Shown piece by piece: positions 63,011 to 64,000 of a stretch of 64,000 bases of DNA (position 1 is its first letter; every line of letters starts with the position of its first letter). This stretch comes from Polymyxa betae A26-41 (taxonomy: Eukaryota > Protista > Endomyxa: Phytomyxea): NCBI GenBank assembly GCA_003693705.1, contig RBZT01000711.1:4335-68334 (forward strand), given 5' to 3'. The notes beneath the pieces were generated by a model that saw only the letters and a program-made list of their open reading frames with translations, searched no databases and was not told the DNA's origin. A program made the translations under genes and the position numbers.

Positions 63011-64000
63011 GAGCGCAGCCGTTTTTCCATCTGATCATCACTCTGTCCAAGCTCAATGAACAAGACATTAGATGGAAGATTTACAATCTTGATGTACTCA
63101 TCAAGCTCCTGTTTAACGTTCAGTTACATAGCGACAACGGGGCAAATTTCAAATTTAAGTGTATATTCACCTCATTGCATCCTTCATCCTGGCAGCTTCC
63201 TGCTAGTCTGAGCTGAGCACCTTCCGAACCTGCTAGCTTTTCAAGAATTGTCTGCAAAGACATTGATCCGCTGCTGGCAATCATACTATCCGTGATGTGC
63301 TGTATGACACTTAGTCGCTAGCAATATCGTTGGGGTTTGTTGTTTTACCAAAATTGGCCAATTCAGATCAACGACCTTCAAAACGTGTCCGTTCGAACAG
63401 ATCAAACTTTTCTATCATTCAAATTACCAACCAGGCCAACATGTCGTACGCATATATGTACCTGTGCTTTAGAAATCACACTGGGCTGCAAAACGGCCAG
63501 AACGTCTTGCAATATATGATACAAAGCCTCGAAAGGATTACCATACTGCCCAGGAGCAAATAAGTTTCGTTCAAAAATGATCCAGTTTGCGATCAAGTCG
63601 CGGCCACGATTGAGTTCTTTGGTCAAAGCTGCGCCTTCCTTTGCTGATTTTTTTCTCTTAAATGCAGATGATCAAGAAGTTTGACGAAAATACTCTTCCC
63701 GTCAAAACCTATATAGGGTGGGTACATTTTCGCCGGTCCATAACAGAAGGATGTTACCTGCTGTCGGTAACTGTATGCGTGTTAATGACGCGCTTAACAT
63801 TTCAAGTAACGCAGTTATGTAACAGGTGTTGTTAAAGTGGCTGTACGATTGATAAGTGGTCAAGGGACATTTTGCAATATTCTTGGCCCCTCTGGGTCGT
63901 CCAGCTTTCTTTGCTGCTTTTTTGGGTGGTTCATCAAGCAGGCTTTCAGTAGTATCTGGAGGGCGACCATCGATTTCAAAAGCAGTTTTCCGTTTGTATC

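Noticed and set aside
61800-64000. Short ORFs, including a GRPRG AT-hook-like stretch near 63900
   Set aside because: Too fragmentary to assign. Probably TE debris running off the window.
1-64000. Species assignment (protist such as a plasmodiophorid or oomycete)
   Set aside because: Suggested by the TE families and short introns, but not provable without a search.

Overview
This window is eukaryotic and consists almost entirely of nested, mostly decayed transposable elements. The evidence is short (~50-65 nt) GT-AG introns in the transposases, Copia and Gypsy LTR elements, and DNA transposons. I found no credible host gene, rRNA, intact tRNA or CRISPR array. Left block (~0.9-13.3 kb): a CACTA transposase split by a DD39D mariner and an ISL2EU/Harbinger-like element, then a tyrosine-recombinase remnant with split direct repeats, itself hit by a full-length Copia that carries a Tourist MITE. 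Middle block (~13.4-31.2 kb): a MULE remnant with a MITE, a Tc1/IS630-like transposase, and a Copia interrupted by a second full-length Copia and a C2H2/SWIM MULE. Third block (~31.2-50.7 kb): a chromodomain Gypsy tail contains a Pong/Harbinger, which contains an apparently self-priming Gypsy, which in turn contains a MITE, a Harbinger-like element, a Copia and another chromodomain Gypsy. Right block (~50.7-64 kb): another Harbinger-like gene, a pogo-type transposon with an N-terminal OTU-like domain interrupted by a one-ended Copia, and a young Harbinger with an open transposase ORF. The most striking signals are: (i) three Copia elements whose primer-binding sites match the 5' half of tRNA-Lys(CUU), ending at the same anticodon-stem position as classic half-tRNAiMet priming; (ii) the OTU-pogo arrangement; (iii) Tf1-like self-priming; (iv) a 101-bp target duplication around a truncated Copia. 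All calls come from motif reading by eye; no database searches were run.
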